From Thermoanaerobaculia bacterium (lineage in GTDB: Bacteria; Acidobacteriota; Thermoanaerobaculia; Multivoradales; Multivoraceae): a DNA stretch of 64,000 nt. The notes beneath the pieces were generated by a model, which was not told the DNA's origin, did not search any database, and saw only the letters and a list, made by a program, of their open reading frames with translations. The translations under genes were made by a program, and so were the position numbers. The number at the start of each line of letters is the position of its first letter. Position 1 is the first letter of the stretch. This document shows positions 18,899 through 30,331 of the stretch, piece after piece. The stretch is from assembly GCA_963666565.1 (NCBI GenBank), contig OY762911.1:1951497-2015496 (forward strand), read 5' to 3'.

Positions 18899-18943
18899 AG
18901 TGCGCACCCAGCGGCGGCTAGGATTCGCCGCCGGAGGAATGCC

Positions 18944-19534
18944 ATGCCGAGGATTGCGGAGGAAGCGATGGACGTCCTGTTTCGGGATGCCCGCAGCCAG
19001 AACGGTTGGTTGCCGCGGGAAGTCCCGGGCGAGACCCTGCGGGAGCTCCACGACCTGATGAAGTGGGGGCCGACGAGCGCGAACTGCTGGCCGCAACGGG
19101 TCGTCTTCACCGTGAGCGACGAAGCGAAGGAGAAGCTGGCCTCGATCGCCATGCCGGGCAACCGGGACAAGATCCGGCAGGCGCCGGCGACCGCGATCTT
19201 GGGCTACGACCTGGCGTTCTTCGAGAAGATGGACGTGCTCTTCGCCCACAACCCGGGCATGGCCGAGATGTTCCGGGGCGACCTGGAGCTGGCCGAGGTG
19301 ACGGCGTTCCGCAACGCCACCCTGCAGGGGGCCTGGTTCATGCTGGCCGCTCGCTCGCTCGGTCTCGACTGCGGCCCCATGTCGGGGTTCGACAACGCGA
19401 AGTGCGACGAGCTCTTCTTCCCCGGCACGACGGTGCGCTCGAACTTCCTCTGCTCGATCGGCTACGGCGATCCCGAAGCACTGTTCGGGCGCCTGCCGCG
19501 GCCGGAGTTCGACGAGGTCTGCCGCGTCGAGTAG
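18944..19534 (+). CDS. Nitroreductase-family protein (RutE / malonic semialdehyde reductase-like)
   Basis: 196 aa; matches the nitroreductase fold (RSQNGWLPREVP...LMKWGPTSANCWPQRVVFTV...LQGAWFMLAARSLGLD). The track ORF is extended upstream through the MITE. Confidence 0.75.
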   Translation: MPRIAEEAMDVLFRDARSQNGWLPREVPGETLRELHDLMKWGPTSANCWPQRVVFTVSDEAKEKLASIAMPGNRDKIRQAPATAILGYDLAFFEKMDVLFAHNPGMAEMFRGDLELAEVTAFRNATLQGAWFMLAARSLGLDCGPMSGFDNAKCDELFFPGTTVRSNFLCSIGYGDPEALFGRLPRPEFDEVCRVE

Positions 19535-19551
19535 CCGCCTCGCGCGCCACT

Positions 19552-19717
19552 GCGTGCGCGGGTCTTCCGACCCGCATGTCGGTGCGCGGGTCTTCTGACC
19601 CGCTGCCGCCGCAGGCGGCGTCCAGCATCGTCGGCGGCCTCCGGCCGGCGGCCTTCTTGTCCGGGCTGCGCCGCTCCGCGGCTTCGCCCCTGAGCGGGTC
19701 GGAAGACCCGCGCACCC
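19552..19717. repeat. MITE/REP-like element (two left TIR units plus right TIR), a near-identical twin of 18705-18898
   Basis: Same internal sequence (ctgccgccgcaggcggcgtccagcatcgtcg...ggcttcgcccc) and the same orientation as the copy upstream of the nitroreductase gene. Confidence 0.85.
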
Positions 19718-19746
19718 AGTGCGCACCCAGTAGCGCGCGAGACGGA

Positions 19747-21189
19747 TCAACGCCGCCAGAAGGCGGGCAGGAGGATCGCCGCGACGGCGACGATCTCGAG
19801 CCGGCCCAGCCACATCAGGAAGATCAGCAGCAGCTTCTCCCAGCCGGCGAAGAAGGCGTAGTTGAGCGACGGGCCGGCCGCGCCCATCGCGGGGCCGACG
19901 TTCGACAGGCAGGCCAGGGAAGACGACAGGGACGTCACCATGTCGTTGCCGGCGAGGGCGAGCACGGCGGCGACGCCGAGCCACAGGAAGGCGAAGAGGG
20001 TCATGAAGCCGCCGAGGCTGCGCGCCACCTGGTCGCTGATCGTCCGGCTGCCGACCCAGAGCGCCAGAACCCGGCGCGGGTTGAACATGAGATGGACCTC
20101 GCGCAGAGCCATCTTCAGCGTCATGACGAGCCGGCCGACCTTGACGCCTCCCGCCGTCGAGCCGGCGCACCCGCCGACGAACATGGCGAGCAGCAGCAGG
20201 GTGCGCGACGTGTCGCTCCACGAGTCGTAGTCCCTCGTCGTGTAGCCGGTCGTCGTCATCAGCGACACGGAGTTGAACGCGGCCTCCCGGAGCGCCTCCA
20301 GCAGCGGCAGGTCCGCGTTGCGCCAGCGGTCCAGAGTGACGAGCGCCACGAGCACGGCGGCGATCGAGGCGTAGGCGCGGAACTCGACGTCCTTGTAGAG
20401 CTGGCTGGGCCGCGACCGGACGGCGAAGATCAGGGAGAAGTTGATGCCCGCGATCAGCATGAAGACGACGATCGTCCACTCGATGAAGGCGGAGTCGAAG
20501 GCGGCGACGCTCGCGTTGTAGGGGGCGAAGCCGCCGATCGACACGGTCGTCAGGGCGTAGCAGAAGGCCTCGTACTGGGTGGCGCCGCCGGCGATCAGCA
20601 GCAGGATGAGGACGACGGTCAGGCCGACGTAGATGCGCCACAGCACGGTCGCCGTCTTCTGTACCTGGGGCTGGAACATGTCCTGGGTCGGTCCCGGCAC
20701 CTCCAGGCGGTAGAGCAGGCGGGCGCCCGGCCCCAGACTGGGGAACAGGGCGACGAACAGAAGCAGGATCCCCATGCCGCCGAGCCACTGGGTAAGGCTG
20801 CGCCAGAGCAGGATGCTGGGGCTCAGGAGCTCGATGTCGGTCAGGATGGAGGCGCCCGTGGTCGTGAATCCGGAGGCCGACTCGAACAGCGCCGAAACCG
20901 GGTTTGCGATCTCGCCGCTCAACACATAGGGGAGAGCGCCGAAGAACGAGGCGAGGATGTAGGCGCCGACCACGACCAGGGTCGCCTCGCGCCGGTAGAT
21001 CTTCTCGTGGGGCCGGCCCCACCAGTGGGCCGCCGCGCCGGCGAGAGCGGAAACGATCAGCGATCCTCCCAGCGCCGCGGCGGGCCGCTCCTCGCCGTGC
21101 CAGATCGCGAACAGGAAGGGAATCAACTGCGCGCCCGCCAGCAGCAGGAGGAGCCGCCCGACCAGACCGGAGACGGCGCGCAGGTTCAT
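19747..21189 (-). CDS. trkH: TrkH/KtrB family potassium uptake protein
   Basis: Repeated M1PM2 units carrying the selectivity-filter glycines (MTTTGYT, SIGGF). Confidence 0.8.
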   Translation of the reverse strand: MNLRAVSGLVGRLLLLLAGAQLIPFLFAIWHGEERPAAALGGSLIVSALAGAAAHWWGRPHEKIYRREATLVVVGAYILASFFGALPYVLSGEIANPVSALFESASGFTTTGASILTDIELLSPSILLWRSLTQWLGGMGILLLFVALFPSLGPGARLLYRLEVPGPTQDMFQPQVQKTATVLWRIYVGLTVVLILLLIAGGATQYEAFCYALTTVSIGGFAPYNASVAAFDSAFIEWTIVVFMLIAGINFSLIFAVRSRPSQLYKDVEFRAYASIAAVLVALVTLDRWRNADLPLLEALREAAFNSVSLMTTTGYTTRDYDSWSDTSRTLLLLAMFVGGCAGSTAGGVKVGRLVMTLKMALREVHLMFNPRRVLALWVGSRTISDQVARSLGGFMTLFAFLWLGVAAVLALAGNDMVTSLSSSLACLSNVGPAMGAAGPSLNYAFFAGWEKLLLIFLMWLGRLEIVAVAAILLPAFWRR

Positions 21190-21298
21190 CCGGCGCCGGG
21201 AGCTTGCGCCGCCGGAGCAGCGAAGCGAGTGCCGCGTCGCGCGGTCGTGGTGGGATGGGGGCTCGGGTCAGGCACGGGTGTGCGACCGTGCAGCGCTC

Positions 21299-23331
21299 CT
21301 AGCGCGCCGCTGCCGTCGGCGCTTCAGGCAGCGCCAGCGCCAGCAGCTCGCCCTCGAAGCCCCTGCCGCCGATCGCCATCACGATGTACTGGCGGCCCTC
21401 GTGGAGGTAGGTCATCGGCGCGCCGCTGACGCCCGCGGGCAGTTCGATCTCGCCGACGACTTCGCCGGTCGCCTTGTCGTAGGCCCGGAACATCTTGCTG
21501 CCGGCGCCCTCCGGCTGGACCACCATCGCGTCCGAGCCGTCGGCCAGGAACACGAGGGTCTTCGTGACCAGGGCGGAGACCCGGCCCTGCTGGCCGAGCG
21601 GCGGCAGGTCGAGGTGGGCGAGAGCGGGGTGATCGCGCGGACCGTCGCCGTTCGGGACCATCCAGAGGTGCTCGCCGGTGTCCAGGTCGATCGCGGTCAG
21701 GCGGCCGTACGGCGGCTTCGTGATCGGCAGTCCGTTCGGCAGGGTGGTCCACTCGTAGCCGTCGGCCTCGCTCAGGTCGACGCGGTAGCGCAGGTTGGAG
21801 CGGGCCGGATCGGGCGGCGGGCGCAGTCCCAGGATCGCCGGTACGGTCACCGACGGCAGGTAGATCACGTTCGTCTCCGGGTCGAGCGCGGCGCCGTTCC
21901 AGTTGCTGCCGCCGACCGCCCCGGGCACCTGGATCGTCGGTTTGGCCTCCGGGCCGTCCATCAGGGTGGGCGGCTGGAAGATCGGGCCGATCCGGTACTG
22001 CGAGACGTACTCGATCGCCATCGCCCGCAGCTCCGGCGTGAAGTCGATCAGGTCGTCGATGGCGAGCCCCTGGAGGTCGTAGGGGAGCGGCCAGGTCGGG
22101 TGCGGCTGGGTCGGCCAGGCCCGCTCGCCGGGCACCTCGGACGGCGGCACGGGCAGCTCGACGATCGGCCAGACCGGCTCGCCCGTCTCCCGGTCGAAGA
22201 CGTAGAGGAACGCCTGCTTGGAGGGCTGCGCCAGCGCCTTGATCGGCTTGCCGTCGACGACGATGTCCGCGAGCACGGGCGCGGCAGGGAAGTCGTAGTC
22301 CCAGAGACCGTGATGCACGGCCTGGAAGTGCCAGCGCCGCTCGCCGGTCTCGGCGTCGAGAGCGAGGATCGACTCCGCGAACAGGCCCATGCCGGGGCGG
22401 TGGCCGCCGTACCAGTCGTTGCTCGGCGTGCTGGTCGCCGCGTAGGCCATGCCGAGTTCCTGGTCGCAACTGATCCAGGTCCAGACGTTGGCGGCGCCGG
22501 CTTCGGCCGCCTCGGGGCTGTCCCAGGTGTCGAATCCGAACTCGCCCGGCTCGGGAACGATGTTGAACCGCCAGCGCAAGGCCCCGGAGCGCGCGTCGTA
22601 GCCCCGGATCATCCCCGGCGGGTTCTTCCGCCGCGACCAGGCGTCGGCCGTCGATTCGCCGACGACGATCGTGTCGCGGCACACGACGGGTGCCGAGGTC
22701 CAGAAGTACTGGCGGCGTGTCAGCCCGCTCCCGACGTCGAGCATGTCGGCCCTGCCGCCGTCGCCGAAGTCAGGGTCCAGGTCGCCGGTGTTCGCATCGA
22801 GGGCGGTCAGGCGGCCGTTGCCGGTGAAGAACAGCCGCCGCCGTTCGCCGTCGTTCCAGGTCACGCCGCCGCGGACAGAGCCGCGGCCCATGTTCCGCGG
22901 CTGTTCGTCCTCGAACGGATCGTAGGTCCACAGGATCTCGCCGCTTGCCGGGTCGAGGGCCGCCGCGCCCAGGCCGGTGGCGACAAGCACGCGCCCGTCG
23001 CGCATCATCGGCGTGTTCTGGAAGACGAAGGGCGGGACGACGCCATCGTGGCGGGCGGCGAGCCCGTAGTCGATCGACTTCCAGCGCCAGGCGACTTCCA
23101 GCCGGTGGACGTTCGTGCGGTCGATCCGGTCGAGGGGCGAGTACTTGCTGCTGCGGCTGTCCGCGGCGTAGTTGTGCCACTCGCCGGCGGGTTGGGCGCC
23201 GGTTACGCCGGCGGAAGCCGGCCGGGGCGAGGCGGCGGTCTGGGCGGCGGCAGCGGAAGCCGCGGCGCCGCCTCCCAGCGTGCCGATGGCGACGGCGACG
23301 AGGCGCCGACGGGTGGCCGCGGCGCGGATCA
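21299..23331 (-). CDS. PQQ-dependent dehydrogenase (soluble 8-bladed propeller quinoprotein, glucose/sorbosone dehydrogenase-like)
   Basis: Signal peptide; the N-terminal W..Y..D...KYSPL motif typical of PQQ quinoproteins; repeated W-containing propeller motifs. The start MIRAAAT is an ATG at about 23331. The track ORF is extended to 24199, and a 452-aa shadow ORF lies in another frame. Confidence 0.8.
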
Positions 23332-24586
23332 TCCGTGGCTCTCGTCGTCGGGATGGGCTTCCCTGTCGGGATCCGTTTGCTCGGCGTCGGGATCGGTTTG
23401 CCCGCCGGGATCGGCCTGCCCGTCCGGCGCCGCTCGCGTGGCGTCGGGCCGGGCCGGCTCTTCGCCGTTGTCCTCGGCGTCTTCGGCCGCCGCGGCGGCG
23501 CGGGCCTCGGCTTCGAGCTTCTCCTTGATCTCCTCGACGACGGCCGGGAGGCGCTGGTTGCCGAGCGCCTCGCTCAGAGACTCCTGCCAGGTCAGGCGCC
23601 TGCCCGGCGTGCCGTCGGGATTCGGCTTCGGACCGAGCCAGTCCAGCGTTCCCAGGAAGCTGTCCATGCGGGACACGGTGTCCTCGTACCACTTGTTCCT
23701 CTCGTCGCCTTCGCCGCGGCCGAAGTTGAAGAAGCCGTGGGCCTGGCCGTGGTAACTGACAAAGTCGCAGCGCGCGTCGTGCTTCCGCAGGCCGCGGCAG
23801 AACCGGTCCGCCGTGCTGTGGGGCACCGTCTCGTCGGCGTCGCCGTGGAAGATGATCGTGGGCGGCAGGCCCTCCCGCAGGTGGTGGTAGGGGGACATCG
23901 ATTCGGGCGGCGCCCCGAACCGCTCGCCGAGCGCCGCGAAGCGCTCGCGCTCCTCTTCCGTCGGCGCCGGGTCGCCCTCGACGGGCGCCAGGACCGTGGC
24001 CGGGTTGAACAGAACGAGAGCGTTCGGCACGGGGCTCGGACCGTCCGGATCGGGGTCGTGGCCGGGCAGGGTGGCCGTGGCAGCGGCCAGGTGGCCTCCC
24101 GCCGAGCCGCCGCCGGCGGCGATGCGGTCCGGGTCGATGCCGAGCCGGCCGGCGTTCGAGCGCAGCCAGCGGACGGCGCTCTTGGCGTCCTCGACGCACT
24201 CGTGCGCCGTCACGCCGTGGCGGCTGGCCACCCGGTAGTCGGCGACCGCGGCGACCATGCCGCGCTCCGCGAGGTAGCGGCAGTGCTGCAGGAACTGCTG
24301 CGGCGAACCCCCGCGCCAGCCGCCGCCGAAGAAGAAGACGATCGCGGGCCGCGAATCGTCGGCGGAGTGGCCCTCGGGGTTGCAGAGGTAGATGTTCAGC
24401 TCGACGTCGCCGGCGGTGCGGTACACCTCGGAAATCGTGCCCTCCATCTCGGGCGGATAGGGCCGCTGCGCCTCGAGCGGGACGGCGCCGGCGGCCGCGA
24501 GCACGAGGGCTGCGGCGAGCGCGGTAGCGACGGCGGGCGTACGTCGGTCGGGTCGGATGATGGTCGAACGTGTCATCGGCGCCTCT
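23329..24586 (-). CDS. Secreted alpha/beta-hydrolase (esterase/lipase, fold-3 type) with an acidic low-complexity C-terminal tail
   Basis: HGGG-like region (IVFFFGGGWRGG), GGSAGG nucleophile elbow and a downstream His. Signal peptide. ATG at 24586; the track ORF is extended to 25830. Confidence 0.75.
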
Positions 24587-24616
24587 TGGTAGAAACTCGG
24601 CGCACGGAGTCTAGCT

Positions 24617-24785
24617 GGGTGCGCGGGTCCTCTGACCCGCTGCCGCCGAAGGCGGCCAGAAAGCGTGCCGGCAGCCGGCCGGCGCCGCAAGAGCCCCGTC
24701 GGCGCCGCCGCGAGAGCCCCGTCGCCGCCGCCGCAAGAGCCCCGTCGGCGCTGCCGCGAGAGCCCCCGTCGACGCCGCGGCAACA
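24617..24785. repeat. Truncated MITE/REP-like element (left TIR only) with internal 20-bp tandem repeats
   Basis: Left TIR GGGTGCGCGGGTCCTCTGACCCGC, then four copies of gccgc(a/g)agagccccgtcg.c.. ; there is no right TIR. Confidence 0.7.
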
Positions 24786-24791
24786 GCCTCA

Positions 24792-26192
24792 TCAGCGGCC
24801 CGTCTCGCTGGCGGCCTCGGCGCCGTCCTCGCCGCCAGGGTTCTCCTCCGCTTCGCCGCGGATCCAGACCAGCCGATACACGTCGAGCGGCTGCAACCCG
24901 GCTTCCAGGTCTTGCCGGATCCGGTTCGAGGTACCCGGGCGGGCGTCGAACGCGCCGCGCTCCAGGAACGCAAGGACCCGCTCGCGGTCCCTGCAGGCGT
25001 CGTCCCGCTCGTCGCAGCCGAAGTCGTCGCCTTCCGTGTCGAGCAGGAAGAGGAGCGGGTCGGGCGACACGAACCGGCCGTCCAGGCCGCGGAACGCCTG
25101 CCAGAGATCGAGGGGCGGAATCGTCCAGCCGTCGCCGGACTCCGCGAATCCGACCGCCTCGATCACGCGGCCGTCCGGCACGACGGTGACGACGCCGGGG
25201 AACGGGTCGAACACCCGCCGCGACAGCTCCCGCAGGGTGAAGGCTTCGTCCTCGGGGACCTCGAAGATCTCCATCAGCGGCTCGCCGGCTTCCACGAGCC
25301 GGTCGATCAGTTCGAGCTCCAGGTCGCGCAGGACCGGCTGGCCTTGTTGCTGCCCCTGCCGCTGGCTCGGCGGCTGGCCGGACGGCGCTGGCGGCGCCGG
25401 TTGCGCCGTGGACAGCGCCAGTTCCCTGGGCGGCACAACGAGCCGCGATTCCGGCAGATCCTCCCCGCGGGCGGCCCCGAAGAGCCCGCGCAGGCACTCG
25501 AATCGGCGGCCGGGATTCTCGTCCATGTAGCGCCACAGCGCGGCGGCCCGCCGCTGGTAGCGGGCGGCGTCGGCGGCGAAGCCGCGCAGGCCGCGCTCGA
25601 CGGTGTCGGACTCGCCGGCCGTGGCCCGGGTTCCGCCGTCGAACGCGAACTCCAGGGAGACGGTTTGAGGCGGCGGCCGCTGCTCGTCGGGCAGGCGCCG
25701 CTCGTTGTCCCAGACGGCGAGGGACGGGCGGACCGCCGTGTTGGCGAAGAACGCCTGGAGTTCGGCGTTCGGGTTGCCGGCGAGCGCCCAGCGACGGTAG
25801 CCGGTCAGTTCCCGGTTCGCCCGTTCCCACTCCGCGCCGTCGGCGAGCGGCTCGTACAGGCGGTCGAACCGGACGTGCCAGACGTCGTAGCCGTTCGTCA
25901 GCGCCTCCGCACGGTCGTTCAGCCGGCGCTCGATCGGCGCGTTGCCTTCCGGAACCTTGTGGCGCCGGATCGCGACCGCCGCCTCGATCCTCACGTAGCC
26001 GTTCGTGTCGGCCTGCTCGAAGGCGTCGTCGTCCGCGGCCTGACGGTCTTCCGCCGACGGCGGGAAGAACTCGAGGCGCAGCGTCTCGGCGACCGGATCG
26101 TCCGTGCAGCCGGCGAAAGCTGCCGCAAGCAGCGCGGAAGAGACCGCCGCCGCGCAGCGGCCCCGGAAGCTGCCGTGGTCGAGCACCGTCAT
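24792..26192 (-). CDS. Hypothetical lipoprotein
   Basis: Signal peptide with lipobox (LLAAAFAGCTDD). No recognisable catalytic motifs. Confidence 0.5.
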   Translation of the reverse strand: MTVLDHGSFRGRCAAAVSSALLAAAFAGCTDDPVAETLRLEFFPPSAEDRQAADDDAFEQADTNGYVRIEAAVAIRRHKVPEGNAPIERRLNDRAEALTNGYDVWHVRFDRLYEPLADGAEWERANRELTGYRRWALAGNPNAELQAFFANTAVRPSLAVWDNERRLPDEQRPPPQTVSLEFAFDGGTRATAGESDTVERGLRGFAADAARYQRRAAALWRYMDENPGRRFECLRGLFGAARGEDLPESRLVVPPRELALSTAQPAPPAPSGQPPSQRQGQQQGQPVLRDLELELIDRLVEAGEPLMEIFEVPEDEAFTLRELSRRVFDPFPGVVTVVPDGRVIEAVGFAESGDGWTIPPLDLWQAFRGLDGRFVSPDPLLFLLDTEGDDFGCDERDDACRDRERVLAFLERGAFDARPGTSNRIRQDLEAGLQPLDVYRLVWIRGEAEENPGGEDGAEAASETGR

Positions 26193-26517
26193 CCTGTTCG
26201 GGTGGTCTCCTCGCTGCCTCTGAGGTGTTTTCACGCGGCCGCCCGGGCTATCGCGGCCGCGTGGCCCGCGGCCGGCTGGCCCCGGCGGTCGCGGATCCAC
26301 CTTAGCCGGTACTCGCCGAGGAACGTGAGCGCCTGCTCGAGGTGTTGCGCAACGTCCGCTGCTTCAGCCGGCCGGCATTGCCGCGACGGCGGCCGCGAGG
26401 ATGCGACGAGTCGCGCTGGGTCGGGTGAGGCGGCGGCGGGGCGTGTGGATCGTGTGCATCCAGTTTGTGCAACGCGCGTAGGATCGGCGATCTTCCGAGC
26501 GTCAACCGTCCCGCCGA

Positions 26518-28070
26518 TGAACCTCTTCGCCCTGCTCCAAGAGAGCTTCGAGCCGGCCCTGCAACGGCCCGCCCTGGCGCTGCCTGGCGGCGACGGCGCG
26601 GTCGGCGGCACGTGGACCCATGGCGATCTCGACCGGGCCTCGGGCCGGTTCGCGGCGGCGCTGCGCAAGCGCGGCGTCGAGCCCGGCGACCGGGTGGTCG
26701 TGCAGGCGCCGAAGTCGGCCGAGGCGGTGGCTCTGTACCTGGGCGTGCTCCGTTGCGGCGGGGTCTACGTGCCATTGAACACGGCGTACACGGAACGGGA
26801 GGTCGCGTTCTTCGTGGCGGACGCCGGGCCGCGGGTCGTCGTGCGCGGCGCCGGGGCGGCCGCGGCTGGCGGTGGTACGCCTTCGGCGGCCGCGGCTGGC
26901 GGCGGTACGCCTTCGGCGGCCGGGCCGGGCTGGCGGCCTGGACCCGTTGCCGTCGCCATCGACGCGTTGTGGCGGGAGGCCTTGTCCATCGACCCCGACC
27001 CCGCCGTCGAGCCCCGCGACGCCGACGACCTGGCGGCCATCTGCTACACGTCGGGCACCACCGGGCGTTCCAAGGGCGCGATGATCACGCACCGAAACCT
27101 GACGTCGAACGCGCTGGCCCTGCACGAGATCTGGGGTTTCGAGCCGGGCGACGTGCTGCTGCACGCGCTGCCGATCTTCCACGTCCACGGGCTGTTCGTG
27201 GCGCTGCACACCGCGTTCCTGAACGCCTCGAAGGTGATTTTCCTGCCGCGGTTCGACGCCGGGGAGGTGCGCCGTCTGCTGCCGGAGGCCACGGTGCTGA
27301 TGGGCGTGCCGACGTTCTACTCGCGGCTGCTGGCGGAGCCGGGTTTCGGCAGCGCGGACTGCGAGACGATCCGGCTGTTCGTTTCCGGTTCGGCACCGCT
27401 GACCGAGGCCGGTTTCGGCGACTTCGAGGCCCGCACCGGCCACCGCATCCTGGAGCGCTACGGCATGACGGAGGCCGGGATGATCACCTCGAACCCGCTC
27501 GACGGGGAGCGCGTGGCGGGGACGGTCGGGTTCCCGCTGCCGGACGTCGAGGTCCGGGCCGTCGGCGAGGACGGCGCCGAGCTTCCCGCGGGCGAGGTCG
27601 GCACCCTGGAGATCCGCGGCCCGAACCTGTTCGCCGGCTACTGGGGCCTGCCCGAGAAGACGGCGGAGGAGATGCGGGGCGACGGCTTCTTCGTCACCGG
27701 CGACCTCGCGAGCCTCGACGGCGAGGGCCGCGTGACCCTGGTAGGCCGGGGCAAGGACCTGATCATCGCGGGCGGCTTCAACGTCTACCCGAAGGAGATC
27801 GAGGATCGCCTGGACGAGGTCGCGGGCGTGGCGGAGTCGGCCGTCGTCGGCGCGCCGCACGCCGACCTGGGCGAGGGCGTGGTCGCCGTGCTCGTGGCCG
27901 ACGGGGCGGCCGTGGAAGACGATACGCTCCGCGCGGCGCTCGATGCGGGCTTGGCGCGCTACAAGCACCCGCGCCGCTTCTACTGGGTCGACGAACTGCC
28001 GCGCAACGCGATGGGGAAGGTACAGAAGAACGTCCTGCGCGAGCGCTACCGTGGCGCCTACGACCGTTGA
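26518..28070 (+). CDS. AMP-dependent acyl-CoA ligase, malonyl-CoA synthetase (MatB)-like
   Basis: AMP-binding signature (YTSGTTGRSKGAMITHRN), a hinge/A8 region (GDLASLDGEGRVTLVGRGKDLIIAGGFNVYPKEIE) and the terminal K of A10 (GKVQK). Carries an in-frame 30-bp tandem duplication (AAAAGGGTPS x2). Confidence 0.8.
26857..26916. repeat. 30-bp perfect tandem duplication inside the MatB-like CDS
   Basis: gcggccgcggctggcgg(t/c)ggtacgccttcg occurs twice head to tail. Confidence 0.8.
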
Positions 28071-28082
28071 AGGAGGAAGCAC

Positions 28083-28941
28083 AGTGACCCAGACGGAGAA
28101 GAAACTCGACGGCAAGGTCGCCCTCGTCACCGGCGCGAGCCGCGGCATCGGCAAGGCGATCGCCGAGCTGTTCGCCGGGCACGGGGCGCGGGTCGCCTGC
28201 ACGGCGCGCACGCTGTCCGAAGGCGGGCACTACCTGGGCGGTTCGCTCGAGACGACGATCGACGAGATCCGGGGCGCTGGCGGCGACGCGACCGCCTTCG
28301 CCTGCGACGTCTCGGAGTACCCCAACTGCGAGCGCCTGGTGAACGAAGTGCGCGACGCGCTCGGCCCGGTCGACGTGCTGATCAACAACGCCGCCCTGAC
28401 CTACTTCATCCCGGTGGTCGATTTCCCCGTGAACAAGTGGCACCGCTCGACCGCGGTCAACTTCCACGCGCCCTTCTACCTCTCGAAGCTCGTGCTGCCC
28501 GAGATGATCGAGCGCGGCGCCGGCAGCATCGTCAATGTCTCGTCCGGCGCGGCGATCGGCCCCGGCCGCGGCCCGTACAAGGGTCCGCAGTTCGCGGGCG
28601 GCTCGCTGTACGGTGCCGAAAAGGCGGCCCTGGAGCGCTTCACCCAGGGCTTGGCCTCGGAGGTCTACGAGCACGGCGTCTCGGTGACGTGCTACAGCCC
28701 GTCCCAGATCGTGCCGACTCCGGGCGTCGTCCACCACAGGCTGATGGAAGGCCGCGACCCGAACGAGGCCGAGACGGTCGAGACGATGGCCCAGGCGGCG
28801 CTGCTGCTCGCCACGGAGCCGCTCGACCGGGTCGCCGGCCGGGTCACGTACAGCCAGGCGATCCTGGAGGAGTTCGGCTGGATCGAGAAGGGCCGCGGAC
28901 TCGGCACGGAGCGGCAGGGCTCCGGCTACAGCATGATCTGA
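28083..28941 (+). CDS. Short-chain dehydrogenase/reductase (SDR) family oxidoreductase
   Basis: TGASRGIGKA cofactor motif, NNAA, and the catalytic YxxxK (YGAEK). GTG start 13 bp after the ligase stop. Confidence 0.8.
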
Positions 28942-28947
28942 GTCGCT

Positions 28948-29126
28948 GGGTGCGCGGGTCCTCCGACCCGCTCAGGGGCGAAGCCGCGGAGCGGCGATCC
29001 CGGACAACGAGGGCTCCTGCCCAGGTTCGGCGACGAAGGGGTGCGCGGGTCTTCCGACCCGCAACCGTCCCCGGAGCGGGTCGGAAGACCCGCGTACCCG
29101 GAGCGGGTCGGGAGACCCGCGCACCC
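28948..29126. repeat. Compound MITE/REP-like element (left TIR, 66-bp spacer, then a minimal left TIR-13 bp-right TIR hairpin, then an extra right TIR)
   Basis: TIR units at 28948-28971, 29039-29062, 29076-29099 and 29103-29126. Confidence 0.8.
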
Positions 29127-29127
29127 A

Positions 29128-30204
29128 CTACTCTCCGGCGTCGCCCTTCACCGGCTTGCCGGCGGCGACCCACTCCTTCTCGAGCCGCCGCGCTCCCTTG
29201 AGCTGCCCCAGCATCGAGTAGTTGCCCTCGTGGCAGGCGTACTCGTAGTTGTACTGGTCGGTCTTCGGCCAGGGCATCTCGCCGCCGTAGGACGCCGTGT
29301 ACTCCTCGTCCTCGACCTCGAACCGGTAGAGCAGCGACTTGCCGTCGATCGGGCTGAACCGCTCCGTCACCTTCATCGCGCCGCGCGGCACGCCGGCCGA
29401 CTCCCGGCCGTGCAGCGGCTGCGGCGCCGCCTCGCGGCGGAAGTTCGTCGTCTCGACGACCAGGGTGTCGCCCTCCCACCGGCCGATCGAGTCGCCCGAG
29501 TAGGAGCTGTACGGCGCCGGCGAGTGCTCCGCGTCGATCCGCACGACCCGCGTCCAGTGCATCCACTCGATGTGGATCATCAGGTAGTCGTCGGTCTGCA
29601 CCAGGGTCTTCAGGTTGTTGTAGGAGATGGTCCTGATCGGGATCGAGGCGCCGGGCTGGTAGATGCAGCGCACGCCGAGGACCATCGTCTCCGGGCTGTC
29701 GAACGGCGTGTCGCCCGACTCCAGCCACCAGGCCGTGCCGTCGTCGTTCATCCAGATGAAGCGGGGCAACGCTCCTCGGTTCTTCTGCGCTTCTTCCGTC
29801 AGCGGCGGCATCCGGCCGTTCGCGGGGTTGGTCAGGATCGAAGTGCGGTACTTGCCGTCGATCTTGAACATCGTGTGGCCGGGATCGAACCAAGCGTAGT
29901 TGTAGCTCTGCCGGTCGATGAAGGCGCCCTTCTCCGGCGGCGGCCGGTCCGGGCTGCTGGCCGCGTCGCCGTCCAGGACGCGCTGACGCTGGTTGGCTTC
30001 GACCTCCGCCGCCTCCTCGGGGCTGAGGACGAGTTCCTCGCCGCGCTCGGGCCGGCGCTCGAAGGGAGTCAGCGAGCGGATGTCGTAGCGGCCGGTGAAG
30101 TCGGGCTTGCCGCTCGGCGTGCGAGGAATGTCGTCGGCGGCCGCGAGGGCGGCGCCGGCGCCCGACACGAGCAGCAGGCAGCACAGCGCGAGGGTCTTTC
30201 GCAT
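29128..30204 (-). CDS. Hypothetical secreted protein
   Basis: Signal peptide MRKTLALCCLLLVSGAGAALA. Well-conserved-looking, non-repetitive sequence with no motif I can assign. Confidence 0.5.
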   Translation of the reverse strand: MRKTLALCCLLLVSGAGAALAAADDIPRTPSGKPDFTGRYDIRSLTPFERRPERGEELVLSPEEAAEVEANQRQRVLDGDAASSPDRPPPEKGAFIDRQSYNYAWFDPGHTMFKIDGKYRTSILTNPANGRMPPLTEEAQKNRGALPRFIWMNDDGTAWWLESGDTPFDSPETMVLGVRCIYQPGASIPIRTISYNNLKTLVQTDDYLMIHIEWMHWTRVVRIDAEHSPAPYSSYSGDSIGRWEGDTLVVETTNFRREAAPQPLHGRESAGVPRGAMKVTERFSPIDGKSLLYRFEVEDEEYTASYGGEMPWPKTDQYNYEYACHEGNYSMLGQLKGARRLEKEWVAAGKPVKGDAGE

Positions 30205-30331
30205 CTCGGTCTCTCCTTGTTCGACGGTTCCCTGAGCGTACCCCGCCCGCGCTCCCCCTCGCGTTCGCCTGTGCGCGCCGAAGACCGGAGCACCTTAGAA
30301 TCGACGCTCCGAGAGAAGGAGGTTCGCCTCG

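Noticed and set aside
21324-22682. 452-aa minus-strand ORF inside the PQQ dehydrogenase
   Set aside because: A same-strand alternative frame whose translation is Arg/Pro/Gly-rich without motifs. The PQQ propeller frame is the genuine one.
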